A stretch of 64,000 nt of DNA. Source: an uncultured Gemmatimonadales bacterium (GTDB lineage Bacteria; Gemmatimonadota; Gemmatimonadetes; Gemmatimonadales; GWC2-71-9). The position numbers and the translations under genes were made by a program. The DNA is taken from positions 129,103 to 193,102 of the forward strand of contig CAWJIM010000003.1 of the NCBI GenBank assembly GCA_963842945.1. The letters are read 5' to 3'. Below the pieces are notes generated by a model, which did not search any database, was not told the DNA's origin, and saw only the letters and a program-made list of their open reading frames with translations. This document shows positions 38,614 to 50,062 of the stretch, piece after piece. Position 1 is the first letter of the stretch. Every line of letters starts with the position of its first letter.

Positions 38614-40007
38614 CCGGGCCGCGGCTGATCCCGGCCGAAGAATCGATCACCTGCGCCATCAATCGTGCAGCCGGAGGGCGGCCGGTCCCGGGAAACAGGG
38701 TCGACCTCCTGATCGACGGGCCTGACACCTACCGGGCCATGCTGGAGGTCATCGCCCAGGCCCGACAATGGGTACACTTCGAGAACTACATCATTCGCAG
38801 TGATGCCGCCGGATGGCGCTTTGCCGAGCTGCTGGCAAGGCGGGCCCGGGAAGGTGTTCACGTCCGGGTGCTCTACGACTGGTTTGGGTCGATGGGCACG
38901 TCGCGGCGATATTGGCGCTATCTGCGGGATGCCGGCGTTGAGGTGCGATCGTTCCACCCTCCGGAGCTGATCGACCTCATGTCCAATGTCTCGCGAAATC
39001 ACCGCAAGCTGGTGGTGGCCGACGGCTCCCGCGGCGTCCTCGGCGGGCTGTGCATCGGCTGCGAATGGACCGGTGAGAGCCATGCCGACGGGCAGCCCTG
39101 GCGCGACACGGCTGTGGATGTCAGGGGGCCGGCCGCCGCGGTGCTGGATCAAACCTTTGTCAACCTCTGGGAGCTGAGCGGCGGAAAGGTCCCCCGCGAC
39201 CAGGTTGCCGGTGTGATACCGCCGGTGGGCGAGGCGGGGGTTCGGGTCATCAGCGGCGAGCCCGGACGGGAACGAGCCTATCGGGTTATCGAACTGCTGG
39301 CGGTGGGCAGCGTGCAGCGGCTCTGGGTGACCGATGCTTACCTGATTGCGCCACCGCGGCTGTTTCAGGCCCTGCGCGACTCGGCTCGAGACGGGGTGGA
39401 CGTCCGGCTCCTGGTTCCCGGCTCCAGCGATGTCCCACTGATCCGGAATATGTCCCGCATTGGCTACCGGGATCTGCTGCGCAGCGGAGTCCGTATCTTT
39501 GAATGGGATGGTCCCATGCTTCACGCCAAGACCATCGTGTGCGATCACCGCTGGGTGCGCATTGGCTCGAGCAATCTGAACCCCTCGAGCCTGCTGGGGA
39601 ATTACGAGCTCGACGTCCTGATCGAGGACCCCAACCTGGCCCAGACTCTGGAAGACCAGTTTCGCCTGGACATAGGCCAGAGCCGGGAGGTAACCAGCCG
39701 GCCGGTCCGTGGGCCGAGACGGATCAGCCAGGCCTTGCCCTCGGCTCTGGCGTACCAACAGGCCGAGCGGCGGGCCGTATACCGGGGGAGTCGGCAGGAA
39801 CGGCGAAGACGCACCGCCCTTATGCTTCGTGCGGTTGCCAGCCACGCCCGCCGCTCGGTCTTTATTCCGATCAGCGGGATCTTTGTGGCGCTGGGCCTCC
39901 TGCTCGTGGCACTCCCCAAGATTTCGGCGTATGTCCTGGCGGCGCTTTGCGCGTGGCTGGCTTTGGGCGCCGGCCGCGAGGCTTTCCGTCGGCGGGTGGA
40001 CCGATAG
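38610..40007 (+). CDS. Cardiolipin synthase / phospholipase D family protein
   Basis: Two HKD motifs (NHRKLVVADG and HAKTIVCD...GSSN). Confidence 0.9.
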   Translation: MTGPRLIPAEESITCAINRAAGGRPVPGNRVDLLIDGPDTYRAMLEVIAQARQWVHFENYIIRSDAAGWRFAELLARRAREGVHVRVLYDWFGSMGTSRRYWRYLRDAGVEVRSFHPPELIDLMSNVSRNHRKLVVADGSRGVLGGLCIGCEWTGESHADGQPWRDTAVDVRGPAAAVLDQTFVNLWELSGGKVPRDQVAGVIPPVGEAGVRVISGEPGRERAYRVIELLAVGSVQRLWVTDAYLIAPPRLFQALRDSARDGVDVRLLVPGSSDVPLIRNMSRIGYRDLLRSGVRIFEWDGPMLHAKTIVCDHRWVRIGSSNLNPSSLLGNYELDVLIEDPNLAQTLEDQFRLDIGQSREVTSRPVRGPRRISQALPSALAYQQAERRAVYRGSRQERRRRTALMLRAVASHARRSVFIPISGIFVALGLLLVALPKISAYVLAALCAWLALGAGREAFRRRVDR

Positions 40008-40073
40008 TTGCTAATTGAAACTTTGCGGGCATCCGCCTCGTTGAGTCTGACCCTTTCGTCGAGTCCGACCCTT

Positions 40074-41378
40074 ATGGCCATGTTCCGATCCCTGTCAGTC
40101 GGTGCCGTCCTCTCCTGCCTTGCGGGAGCAGTCACTGCCCAGCAGCGCACGGTCACCCTGGCCGACGCGCTCCGCCTGTCCGAACGGGTTCAGCCCGATG
40201 TCGTACGGGCTTCCTCTGCAATCAGAACAGCGGGGGCTCAGCGGCGAAACGCATGGGGGTCCTTCCTTCCCACCCTGACGGCGAACTCTTCAGGCAACGA
40301 GTTTTACACCGAAGGCGAGCCCCGACTCGATCCGGTAACCGGCCAGATCACCGGCGGGAACACCAGTAACCGCAGCATCAGCACCGGCCTTTCGGCCAGC
40401 ATCGATCTCTTTACCGGCTTTCGCCGACGGGCGGAGCTGCGGGCGGCTCGGGCGGGGGAGGACGCTGCGGAAGCTTCCTTTATAGATGCCCGGTTCCAGC
40501 AGGCTCTGACCACAACGAACCAGTTCCTCGACGCCCTGGCCGCGGGCCAGCTCCTCCGGGTTCGTGAATCGAGTGTCCGGCGGGCCGAGCAGCAGCTCAA
40601 GGTGTCGGTGGCCAAGCTCCACACCGGATCGGCTACTCGCTCCGACTCGCTCAGGTCGTTGGTGACCCTAGGGAACACCCGGCTGGATCAGCTCACCACT
40701 CAGACCGACCTGGCGGCCGCGGAGGCCAATCTGGCGCGCCTCATCGGAGAGACCGGGAGGGTACGGGCGGCTGACGACTCGGCCTTCTACTCGGTGGTAC
40801 CGGAGTTGGATGCCCAGGCGCTCCGAGCCGAGGCGGAAGCCAAGTCCCCCCGGGTTCAGAGCGCCCTGGCCAACGCCTCGGCCGCGAGGTCATCGGTAAG
40901 TGCGTCCCGATCGGCGTACTGGCCAACTCTGGCGCTGTCGGGGAACACCAACTGGAGCGGGAGCCAGAGCAACGATTACAACTTCCTGAACCAGAGTCAG
41001 CTGAGCCTTGGCTTGCGCTGGAATCTCTTCGACCGCTTCGACCGGGAGCTCGCCATTACTCAGCGGGAGGCGGACCGGGACGTGGCTGAGGCCACCGCGG
41101 CCGACGCCCGTCTGGGGGTGGCGGCCGATCTGGAGCTTCGGCTGGCGGAACTGGACGCCGCCAAGAGCCGGATCGAGATCACCCGGACCAGCGTCGTCGC
41201 CGCCGGCGAGGACCTTCGAGTACAGCAGGAGCGCTACCGACTGGGGGCCGCTACCATCATCGATGTGCTCACTTCCCAGGAGGCCCTCAACCAGACAGAG
41301 GTCGACGTGGTCAATGCCCGCTTCGATTATCTCCGCGCCAGGGCGCAGATCGAGGCGCTGATCGGACGGAAACTGTGA
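40074..41378 (+). CDS. TolC family outer membrane efflux protein
   Basis: Signal peptide, OEP repeats, ERYRLG..TIIDVL. Confidence 0.88.
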   Translation: MAMFRSLSVGAVLSCLAGAVTAQQRTVTLADALRLSERVQPDVVRASSAIRTAGAQRRNAWGSFLPTLTANSSGNEFYTEGEPRLDPVTGQITGGNTSNRSISTGLSASIDLFTGFRRRAELRAARAGEDAAEASFIDARFQQALTTTNQFLDALAAGQLLRVRESSVRRAEQQLKVSVAKLHTGSATRSDSLRSLVTLGNTRLDQLTTQTDLAAAEANLARLIGETGRVRAADDSAFYSVVPELDAQALRAEAEAKSPRVQSALANASAARSSVSASRSAYWPTLALSGNTNWSGSQSNDYNFLNQSQLSLGLRWNLFDRFDRELAITQREADRDVAEATAADARLGVAADLELRLAELDAAKSRIEITRTSVVAAGEDLRVQQERYRLGAATIIDVLTSQEALNQTEVDVVNARFDYLRARAQIEALIGRKL

Positions 41379-42130
41379 CCAGCACCATGCTGAATACCGA
41401 GGAACGGATGGCCATGTTGCCGGCCGACGTTCCTCGCGACGCCGTGATCGTAACCCGGAATCTCCAGCGGGAGTACGACATGGGTGGCGAGATCGTGAGA
41501 GCCTTGAGAGGGGTCGACGTCACGATTCGGAAGAACGAGTTCGTGGCCGTCATGGGGCCGTCAGGCTCCGGCAAGTCCACCCTGATGAATCTGATCGGCT
41601 GCCTGGACAGCCCGACAGCCGGCGAGTACTGGCTGAACGGACACCGGGTGTCCGAGCTGGAAGACGATGAGCTGGCCCGGATCCGGAACAAGGAGATCGG
41701 CTTTGTCTTTCAGACCTTCAACCTGCTGCCCCGCGCCACCAGCCTGCACAATGTGGAGCTGCCGCTGGTCTACGCCGGCGTAGGTGCCAAGGAGCGGCGG
41801 GACCTCGCCACTCAGGCCCTCACCAAGGTAGGGCTCGCCGACCGGATGAGTCACCGTCCCAACGAGCTCTCCGGCGGACAGCGGCAGCGGGTGGCCATCG
41901 CCCGGGCGCTGGTCAACAGCCCAAGCATTCTCCTGGCCGACGAGCCGACCGGTAACCTGGACAGCACCACCAGCGAAGAGATCATGGCGCTGTTCGCGTC
42001 TCTGCACGGCACGGGGCAGACGATCGTGCTGGTGACTCACGAGAAGGACATCGCCGAGCACGCCCGGCGCCAGGTGCACTTGAAGGATGGGAAGGTGGAG
42101 CGGGACTTCGAGACGGTGGGCCGCAAATGA
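41375..42130 (+). CDS. ABC transporter ATP-binding protein (MacB/LolD type)
   Basis: [16 protein letters not shown] and ADEPTGNLD motifs. Confidence 0.95.
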   Translation: MTSTMLNTEERMAMLPADVPRDAVIVTRNLQREYDMGGEIVRALRGVDVTIRKNEFVAVMGPSGSGKSTLMNLIGCLDSPTAGEYWLNGHRVSELEDDELARIRNKEIGFVFQTFNLLPRATSLHNVELPLVYAGVGAKERRDLATQALTKVGLADRMSHRPNELSGGQRQRVAIARALVNSPSILLADEPTGNLDSTTSEEIMALFASLHGTGQTIVLVTHEKDIAEHARRQVHLKDGKVERDFETVGRK

Positions 42131-44760
42131 ACCGGCGTTCCGGCCCCCTCGCTGCAGTGGGGGTGACACTGATAGCCGCCGCTCTCTTCACCGGTTGCAA
42201 GAAGGAAGCACCACCGGTCACCTACGAGGTTGTTCCCCTGGAGCGGCGAGACATCGTGGTCTCGGCTCAAGCCTCCGGCGCCATCCAGCCCGACACCACG
42301 GTCGAGGTAAAGTCGAAGGCTTCGGGCGAGATTCTCCAGCTCTCCGCCGAGACCGGTCAGGTGGTGCAGCGAGGCGCTCCCCTGGTGCGCATCGATCCTC
42401 GCAATGCCCGGAACGCCCTGGCCCAGGCACAGGCCGATCTCGACGTCGCCAAGGCCAAGCTCACCAACGCGACCAGCCAGAAGCAGCGAGCCGACGCGCT
42501 CTATAAGTCTCAGTCGATCACGGAGCAGGAGCACGAGCAGGCCCTGCTCGACTATGCCGATGCCAAGTCCCAGGTGGTGCGATCCCAGGTTGCGGTGGAC
42601 AATGCGCGGATCCAGCTGGAAGACACCGACGTTCGCGCTCCGATCACCGGCACCGTCCTGGAGAAGGATGTCGAGCGGGGCACCGTGATCGCCTCAGCCA
42701 CCTCGAACGTGAGCGGCGGTACCACGCTGATGAAGATGGCGAATCTGAACCAGGTGCAGGTGCGGGCTCTGGTGGATGAGACCGACATTGGGAAGCTGCA
42801 GCCGGACCAGCTGGCTTCGATCACGGTCGACGCCTACCCGCAGCACCCGTTCAACGGCACCGTGCTCAAGATCGAGCCCCAGGCTCAAACCGAGCAGAAC
42901 GTCACCATGTTTCCGGTGTTGATCCGGATCGACAACAAGCAGGGACTGCTCCGGCCGGGGATGAACGCGGAAGTGGAGGTCCACGTGGGCCGGCGCGACA
43001 ACGTGCTAGCGGTGCCCAACGCGGCCCTCAGAACCCAGCGCGACGTGGCCTCGGCGGCGCAGGTGTTGGGTCTTTCAGCCGACGAAGTCCAGAAACAGCT
43101 GGCAGCCGCCCGACCCGGTCAGGCGAGAGACTCGGCTTCCGACAGAGACTCGGCCGCAGCCGGAGACTCGGCCGCCCATGCAACGCTGGGCGCCAGTCCC
43201 ACGGCTACGAATGGAACGGACGGGTCGTCCAGTCCGGCGCGCCGAGGTTTCGGAGGCCGCAACCGGCAACGACAGGCACAGGGCGTCGGCTCCCAGTACA
43301 TCGTGTTCGTGAAGCGGAATGGTCGGCCGGTGCCGGTCTGGATTAGAACCGGTCTCACCGACATGGACTACAGCGAAGTACTCAGTGGGGTGACCACCTC
43401 CGATTCAGTTCTGGTCCTGCCCAGCGCCAGCCTGGTGCAATCGCAGCAGGACATGCGCGATCGCTTCACCCGAGCCACCGGCGGCGGAGCCGTTCCGGGC
43501 ATGCAGCAACAGAGCGGCCAGTCCAGAGACAACGAGGCCCTGACCATGCTGCTGGGCGAGACCATCGCGGTGGCGCTCCAGTCTATCAGGGCCAACATGT
43601 TGCGCTCCGTACTCACCATGCTGGGCATCATCATCGGGGTGGGAGCGGTGATCACCATGGTTGCGCTGGGCAGCGGCGCCCAGAAGGCGGTGCAGGACCG
43701 GATCGCCGCGCTGGGCGCGAACGTGTTCACCGTGTTTGCCGGCCAGGCCAGCCAGGGTGGCATCCGGATTACCGACCGCACTATTCTCAGCACCGACGAC
43801 TACGATGCGCTGCGGCGCGACGCCCGGCTGCTCAAGGCCGTCGTCCCGGAGATGCAGCAGGCGCTGCAAGTGAAGTACGGGAACCAGAACAGCAACGTGA
43901 ACATTGTGGGCACCACCTCCAACTACACCGACGTCCGCAACTACACCCTACCGTACGGCCGGATGTTCACCCAGGGAGAAGACGAGGCTCGGCAGCGGTA
44001 TGCGGTCCTCGGCGCAGCGGTGCCCCGAATGCTGGGCGGCAATCCGGCCGGGATGATCCACCAGACCCTGCTGATTCGAGGTATACCCTTCGAGATCATC
44101 GGCGTCCTGGGGGAGAAGGGCTCCGCCGGCGGGTTCGGCAATCCTGACGAGCAGATTTTGATCCCGCTGCAGACGGCACGCTACCGGGTGTTCGGCAGCA
44201 ACCGGGTCCGGTCATTCTCGATTCAGGTCAAGGACAGCGTGCCGGTGGAACAAGGGATGGTAGATCTGGAGCGGGTGCTGCGCCGGGAACACAAGATCCG
44301 GCCCGGCGGAGAGAATGACTTCACCATTCGCAACCAGCAGGACGTGCTGGCCACCCAGCAACAGGCCACCCAGGTGTTCACCAGCCTGCTCGCCAGCATC
44401 GCCGCGGTGAGCCTGGTGGTGGGTGGCATCGGGATCATGAACATCATGCTGGTCTCCGTCACCGAGCGCACCCGCGAGATCGGCGTCCGGAAGGCGCTCG
44501 GCGCCACCCGGCTGAACATCCTGATGCAGTTCCTGATCGAGGCTCTTACGCTCTGCCTGCTGGGAGGAGTGCTCGGCATCCTGCTGGGGGTCGGTGCCGC
44601 CATCACGCTGTCGAAGGTCATGCAGTGGAACACCCTGATCTCGCCCAGCGCTGTCGCCCTGGCCTTCGGGTTCAGCGCCGCCGTGGGTCTCTTCTTCGGG
44701 CTGTGGCCGGCTCGGCGCGCGTCTCGACTCGACCCTATCGTGGCCCTCCGATACGAATAG
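42127..44760 (+). CDS. MacA-like membrane fusion lipoprotein running in frame into a MacB-type permease (permease starts ~43546); probably two genes
   Basis: FTGC lipobox and MFP motifs, then MLLGETI...[13 protein letters not shown]...[28 protein letters not shown]. Confidence 0.85.
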   Translation: MNRRSGPLAAVGVTLIAAALFTGCKKEAPPVTYEVVPLERRDIVVSAQASGAIQPDTTVEVKSKASGEILQLSAETGQVVQRGAPLVRIDPRNARNALAQAQADLDVAKAKLTNATSQKQRADALYKSQSITEQEHEQALLDYADAKSQVVRSQVAVDNARIQLEDTDVRAPITGTVLEKDVERGTVIASATSNVSGGTTLMKMANLNQVQVRALVDETDIGKLQPDQLASITVDAYPQHPFNGTVLKIEPQAQTEQNVTMFPVLIRIDNKQGLLRPGMNAEVEVHVGRRDNVLAVPNAALRTQRDVASAAQVLGLSADEVQKQLAAARPGQARDSASDRDSAAAGDSAAHATLGASPTATNGTDGSSSPARRGFGGRNRQRQAQGVGSQYIVFVKRNGRPVPVWIRTGLTDMDYSEVLSGVTTSDSVLVLPSASLVQSQQDMRDRFTRATGGGAVPGMQQQSGQSRDNEALTMLLGETIAVALQSIRANMLRSVLTMLGIIIGVGAVITMVALGSGAQKAVQDRIAALGANVFTVFAGQASQGGIRITDRTILSTDDYDALRRDARLLKAVVPEMQQALQVKYGNQNSNVNIVGTTSNYTDVRNYTLPYGRMFTQGEDEARQRYAVLGAAVPRMLGGNPAGMIHQTLLIRGIPFEIIGVLGEKGSAGGFGNPDEQILIPLQTARYRVFGSNRVRSFSIQVKDSVPVEQGMVDLERVLRREHKIRPGGENDFTIRNQQDVLATQQQATQVFTSLLASIAAVSLVVGGIGIMNIMLVSVTERTREIGVRKALGATRLNILMQFLIEALTLCLLGGVLGILLGVGAAITLSKVMQWNTLISPSAVALAFGFSAAVGLFFGLWPARRASRLDPIVALRYE

Positions 44761-44770
44761 CCTGGACATC

Positions 44771-46066
44771 TTGACCAGTGATGTAATCGTGGTGGGCGGC
44801 GGAGTGTCCGGCCTCGCGGCCGCCCGCCGATTGGTGCAAGCGGGACGGAGCGTCATCCTGTTCGAGGCTCGGACCCGGCTGGGCGGCCGGGTGCATACCG
44901 TCCGGGATGAGCCCACTGGGCACGCGGTCGAACTGGGCGCCGAGTTCCTGCAGGGTCAGCCCAAAGCGCTGCTCGAGCTTATAAAAGGCGCCGGACTCAC
45001 CCTCCACGAAATCCCGGAGTGGCACGAGCGATCCAACAAGGGGCGGCGCAGAGACTTTCCCGACGTGGAGCGCCTGGTGGACCGACTCCTGGGCTGCAAC
45101 TCGGATCGCCGTGACATACCGGTGGCTCAACTGATCCGGCAGTGTGCGGGGAAGTTCAAGCCGGATGAGCTCGAGGCCATGACCGGATATCTCGAGGGCT
45201 TTCATGCTGCAGACCTCGAGTGCTTCGGGACCGCCGCGCTGGCGGACAATCAGGCGGCCGAGGAGCAGGATGCCGGGCACATCGCGCGCCTGGCGGGCGG
45301 ATACGGCCAGGTGGTGCAGCAACTCGCCGACAGTTTGAAGCCGGAGATGGCCCAGATTTGCACCGGCTCGGTGGTCACCCGTCTCGAGTGGAAGCCGGGA
45401 CGAGTTCAGGTGGAGGCTCGAACCCCCGAGGGAGAGATCCTTCGAGTCCGTGCGGCACAGGCTATCCTTGCGGTGCCTCTGACTACGCTGAAGGCCAACC
45501 GTTCCGACGAGGGCGCGCTCTTCCCCGACCCAGAGCCGGCCGGCTGGGCCGAGGCGCTGAGGCACCTGGAGATGGGTGCGGCCCAGCACATCGTGCTTCG
45601 GTTCGAAAGCGCCTGGTGGGTGGAGGAGGGCGAGCCACCGCCGGTGTTCCTCCATGGAAGAGGCGAGCCCGTGCCAGTCTGGTGGACCGGCTCACCACCG
45701 GAGCTCCCGTTCCTGACCGGCTGGGCCGGCGGCCCGCAGGCCTTGCGGCTGGCGGGACAAACGGTAAAACAACTCATTCCGCTCGCTTTACAGTCGGCGG
45801 CGAGGATATTCGGCCGGGACGCCAGAGAGCTTGGCCGCGAGCTTCGGGCAGCGTATTCCCACGATTGGACCAGCGACCCGTACGCCCGAGGAGCCTATAG
45901 TTACGGCGGAGTGGGAGCAGCTCGAGCCCGGGAGCTGCTGCGAAGGCCGGTGTCCGGCACACTCTTTCTCTCCGGCGAGGGGCTGGTGGATGAGGGAAGA
46001 AATGCCACGGTGCCGGGCGCCCTCACCAGCGGCATTCGTTCGGCGGAAGCGCTGCTGCAGTCCTGA
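44771..46066 (+). CDS. Flavin monoamine oxidase family protein
   Basis: VVGGGVSGLAAA, EAR.RLGGRV, W..DPYARGAYS and TV.GAL.SG motifs. Confidence 0.88.
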   Translation: MTSDVIVVGGGVSGLAAARRLVQAGRSVILFEARTRLGGRVHTVRDEPTGHAVELGAEFLQGQPKALLELIKGAGLTLHEIPEWHERSNKGRRRDFPDVERLVDRLLGCNSDRRDIPVAQLIRQCAGKFKPDELEAMTGYLEGFHAADLECFGTAALADNQAAEEQDAGHIARLAGGYGQVVQQLADSLKPEMAQICTGSVVTRLEWKPGRVQVEARTPEGEILRVRAAQAILAVPLTTLKANRSDEGALFPDPEPAGWAEALRHLEMGAAQHIVLRFESAWWVEEGEPPPVFLHGRGEPVPVWWTGSPPELPFLTGWAGGPQALRLAGQTVKQLIPLALQSAARIFGRDARELGRELRAAYSHDWTSDPYARGAYSYGGVGAARARELLRRPVSGTLFLSGEGLVDEGRNATVPGALTSGIRSAEALLQS

Positions 46067-46091
46067 CCAGCAGAGCGGCGCCCGAAAGCCG

Positions 46092-46337
46092 TCAGGAGAG
46101 ATTTTCCGGTTCGACCGAAACGTCTGCCGCTCCGGTGTCGTCGTATCGCACCTCGACTCGCCAGGGCTGGCAACACACCGGACAGTCCTCCACGTACTGC
46201 TGATGAGCTCCGCTCCCGGGGTCGAGCCCGATCTCACACAGCTCCCCGCAATAGGGACAACGAACCTCCGCCGCCAGATCGGCGGTTCCGTCACCCAGAG
46301 GGAACTCCGCATCCAGATCGTCGTCGGAAATAATCAT
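46092..46337 (-). CDS. CPXCG-motif cysteine-rich protein
   Basis: CPYCGE and YVEDCPVCCQP motifs. Confidence 0.85.
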   Translation of the reverse strand: MIISDDDLDAEFPLGDGTADLAAEVRCPYCGELCEIGLDPGSGAHQQYVEDCPVCCQPWRVEVRYDDTGAADVSVEPENLS

Positions 46338-46350
46338 CACAGCATGATAC

Positions 46351-47761
46351 ATGACCCGGCGACCTGACGGGATTCGCGAGGCGATCCCGTGGGCGCTGAC
46401 GCTGCTCCTGCTGGCCAGCCGGCTGAGCGCCCGTTCCGCCCCTGTCGGATCCCCTCGGCGGGGTGCTACCGGCCTCGCTGCAGCTGGTGGTGCCGACCGC
46501 CTATCTCGTGCTGGCTCCGCTCTTCACGCTGTGGGACGGGATCTCCATGCTGAGCATGAGCCGGCTGAACGGGTTTCTGACCGGGTTGGCGGGGCTCTAT
46601 GTCCTCTGGCGAATCGTACGACATATCCGGACTCGTCCACCGCTGAAAAGCTGGAGGACATGGCTCGAGGAAATCGGGATCCTGCTCCTCTCGCTGGCAG
46701 GGCTGCTCGCCTTCATCGTCGTCGGTGCGATCTGGCATCGGCCGATGCTCTCGCTGACCGGCATCCCCTGGGGCTATCAGGTGGTGGACTTTCACAGCCA
46801 CACCGCGGCCTCGCATGACGTGGGCGACACCTGGATGTCCGGCTACGATCTCGCGGCCAACCTGCGCTGGCATGGGAGAGCGGGGTTCAATGTCGTCTTC
46901 GTAACGGATCACAATGTGGTGAGTCACGAGTCACGAGTCGCGAGTCGCGAGTCGCGAGACACGGGTCGCGTGACACCAGGTGCTAGTCAGCAGACACCAG
47001 TCCCCAGTCACCAGGGACCAGTCGACAGTCAGCAGAGAGGAGTCGAGCGTCACCTGTCGGGAGAGGCCAGCCCGATCCCATGCCCCGGCATCGAGGTCAG
47101 CGCGTGGCAGGCGCACATCGTCCTGCTGGGCGATACCCTCACGGTCGACCGCGATCCCTACACCAAGTCGCTGGCCGGATTGCTCACGTTGCTCCGCACC
47201 AGCGACTCCTCCTATGGATCCCTGTCGCTGGCCTCGTTGCCTGAGTATCGCCGGAGCCACTGGGAGCGGCTGGATACGCTGATTCAGGCGGGGCTGGATG
47301 GTTTCGAGATCGTGAACGCCTCACCCAAGGCAAACGAGCTCACCCAGCCGGAGCGGGATCGCGTCGTCGATCTCGCGCGGAAGCACGATCTCTTCGTCGT
47401 GGGCGTGAGCGACAGCCATGGCTGGGGCGCCACCAGTATGGTCTGGAATCTGGTCCGGGTTCCGCCGGCGCGCTCTCGAGAGACCCTCTGCACCGCGATC
47501 CTCGCACGACTGGATCAAGGTTTTCCAGGGACCCAGATCATCGAGCGGCACCGGCTCCGGCCGGACGACCTCTGGCCGATGTGGCTCACCCCGGTCGGTG
47601 TACTCTGGGAAACCTGGCGCAGCATGGGACGGCCGCTGGCCTTCTCCTGGCTGGCCTGGATCTGGGTCGTGGCGGGCTTGCTGAATCTCTTGCGGAGCAC
47701 GGCGTTGCGGGCCAAGATAGCACGTCGCCCTGCTCCAACTCCCCCGGTAACGGATCGTTAA
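46351..47761 (+). CDS. Membrane-anchored PHP-domain phosphoesterase; apparent +1 frameshift near 46435
   Basis: DFHSHT..SHD, VTDHN, GIEVS and SDSHG motifs; TM helices; repeat-derived insert. Confidence 0.75.
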
Positions 47762-48753
47762 TGACCAGAGCACAATTTCTCGGAACCGGCCTGGCAGTCC
47801 CCGAGCGAGTGGTCACCAACGACGAGCTGTCTCACCTGATGGATACCACCGACGAGTGGATCCGCACCCGCACCGGGATCCAGGAACGACGCTGGGTGCG
47901 CGAGGGTGAGACCGGAGCCGAGATGGGGCTGAAGGCCACGCAGCAGGCGCTCGACATGGCAGGGCTCACGCCCGGCGACCTGGACGCCATCGTCTACGCC
48001 ACCTCGAGTCCGGATCACTTCGCGCCGGGAAACGGGGTCTACCTCCAGCGGATGCTGGGGATCTCCACCATTCCCGCCCTGGACGTCCGGGCCCAGTGCA
48101 GCGGCTTCATCTACGCGCTGTCCGTCGCGGACGCCTGGATCAAGGCCGGACAGTATCGCCACATCCTGGTGGTGGGGAGCGAGATCCAATCCACCGGGCT
48201 GGAGCTGTCCAGCGCGGGACGTCACGTCGCGGTCATCTTCGCGGACGGAGCAGGCGCGGCGGTACTAGGCCCCGGTGAAAACGGCGCCGGCATCCTCGCG
48301 TTCGACCTTCACTCAGAGGGAGCCTATGCCGAGAAGCTCTGGGTGGATGCTCCGGGCTCCATGTACCACCCGCGGGTGTCTCCCGAGCAGATCGAGGCCG
48401 GACGCCAGTACCTGGAAATGGACGGCAAAGAAGTCTTTCGCCACGCCGTGGTGCGGATGCCGGAATCGGTTCGTGCCGTGCTGAGCGCAACCGGCGAGCG
48501 GCTGGAAGACTTGAACCTGCTCCTGGCACACCAGGCCAATCTCCGGATCTCGGAAATGATGCAGAAGACGCTGGGGCTTCAGGACAGCCAGGTCTACAAC
48601 AACATCATGCGCTACGGCAACACCACTGCGGCCACGATACCCATCGCGCTGGACGAGTGCGTGCGGGCGGGGCGGCTCAAGCGGGGCGACCTGCTGGTGA
48701 TGACCGCATTTGGGTCGGGGTTCATGTGGGGGAGTGCGGCCGTCAGGTGGTAA
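47761..48753 (+). CDS. fabH: 3-oxoacyl-ACP synthase III
   Basis: AQCSGF, HQAN.RI, YGNT and AFGSGF.WG motifs. Confidence 0.93.
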   Translation: MTRAQFLGTGLAVPERVVTNDELSHLMDTTDEWIRTRTGIQERRWVREGETGAEMGLKATQQALDMAGLTPGDLDAIVYATSSPDHFAPGNGVYLQRMLGISTIPALDVRAQCSGFIYALSVADAWIKAGQYRHILVVGSEIQSTGLELSSAGRHVAVIFADGAGAAVLGPGENGAGILAFDLHSEGAYAEKLWVDAPGSMYHPRVSPEQIEAGRQYLEMDGKEVFRHAVVRMPESVRAVLSATGERLEDLNLLLAHQANLRISEMMQKTLGLQDSQVYNNIMRYGNTTAATIPIALDECVRAGRLKRGDLLVMTAFGSGFMWGSAAVRW

Positions 48754-48875
48754 GCGGTGGGCGGACGGCGGACGGTCGGAGCGTGACGGCCGAGAAACAA
48801 CAAGGCCCGACTCTGTACGAGCCGAGCCTTCTACTTAGTCTGCTGAACCTTCCGTCGTTCCTCACGGTCCTCACG

Positions 48876-49307
48876 CTACTTCGTCTCTAACGGGTACTTT
48901 CGCAAATAGTACTCCTGATCGCGTGTGGCTCGGGCTCGGTAGAGCTGCTCCTCATCGTCATCCGCGTCGTGCACGAAGAGGTGCAAAGAGCCGGGCCAAA
49001 GTGTCGCCTGCAGTGACCAGTTGGTCGAGGGCGCATGGAGCACCCACTGCAGTGCCCCGCCACCAGCATCCGTGAGATGGATCTCGCTCGCGCGTTCCAA
49101 GGGAACGCTGGACGGAATGCCCGCGATGGCGGCTTCGATCGGGTCCAGTTGCAGCTCGGCGTCGGTCCAGGAGCGGAACGTAACCTTGCCGTGCACTGGT
49201 GATTCGGTCTCCGGGAGCTCGAATTCGGCCTGCCATTCGCCGAGGAGATCCCATGCGTGATCCATGGGACCGATGTTCGGCACCACAACAGTTGGATGTC
49301 TAGGCAT
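48876..49307 (-). CDS. Hypothetical protein
   Basis: AGGAG RBS before the ATG; protein-like composition; no motif recognised. Confidence 0.65.
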   Translation of the reverse strand: MPRHPTVVVPNIGPMDHAWDLLGEWQAEFELPETESPVHGKVTFRSWTDAELQLDPIEAAIAGIPSSVPLERASEIHLTDAGGGALQWVLHAPSTNWSLQATLWPGSLHLFVHDADDDEEQLYRARATRDQEYYLRKYPLETK

Positions 49308-49465
49308 CAGTAGGCTCCTTCCGGTGAAAGAGCTTAGCCAAGGACAACTAAAACGCCCGCGATTCGCATACCACAATTAACCAGCCTCAATTTGCACCCT
49401 GCTGAATCTTTCCGGTCAACGTTGCGTACTGTAACGCCAAGCGCTGACCCTATCTAGGACGGCTT

Positions 49466-49747
49466 ATGCTCGAACTTCTACTCATTATTACGGCCGGTGC
49501 CATCGGTTTCATCCTCACGCGCAATTTTGTGCGCCGCAGGCTCCGGTTTGTTGACGCAGTTCACTCGCGGTGGGCGCCGTTCATCACCGGCATGATCGCC
49601 GGTATGCTGGCCTGGCCGGCCGCCCTGCTCCCCTTCTTCAGCATTGTGACGGCCGTCGCATTCGGGGTCGGCACCGCCCTGGGCACCGCCAGCGGGGCTC
49701 GGGCCATCCGAATGCAGTCAGGAGCCCGGCGCCAACTGAACCCCTGA
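49466..49747 (+). CDS. Small membrane protein
   Basis: AGGA RBS; three hydrophobic segments; FVRRRLRFVDAV. Confidence 0.7.
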   Translation: MLELLLIITAGAIGFILTRNFVRRRLRFVDAVHSRWAPFITGMIAGMLAWPAALLPFFSIVTAVAFGVGTALGTASGARAIRMQSGARRQLNP

Positions 49748-49818
49748 CCATAGTACGTGATTTCAGACGATCTCCCAATAGACTGGATCACAATTTCCAG
49801 GGGGTCTATCTTGCCCTG

Positions 49819-50055
49819 ATGACAACGTTACACTGTACTCGGTGCGCGCAGGAACGCGAACGCATGGCGTTTCAGCCATTTCAGAACGAGTTGGGCCGGC
49901 GGGCCTTCGACCAGATCTGTAATGTCTGCTGGGCGGAATGGCTCAAGACCCAGCAACAGCTGATCAATCACTACGGATTAAATCTGCGGGAGCCTAAGGC
50001 TAAGGAGTTCCTGTTCAACAACATGGAGCAGTTTCTCTTTCCGGTGGGCAAGTAG
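49819..50055 (+). CDS. yggX: Fe(II)-trafficking / oxidative damage protection protein
   Basis: LG.R....IC..CW.EWLKTQQQLIN.YGL...KAKEFL...M..FLF pattern. Confidence 0.82.
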   Translation: MTTLHCTRCAQERERMAFQPFQNELGRRAFDQICNVCWAEWLKTQQQLINHYGLNLREPKAKEFLFNNMEQFLFPVGK

Positions 50056-50062
50056 CAATCGG

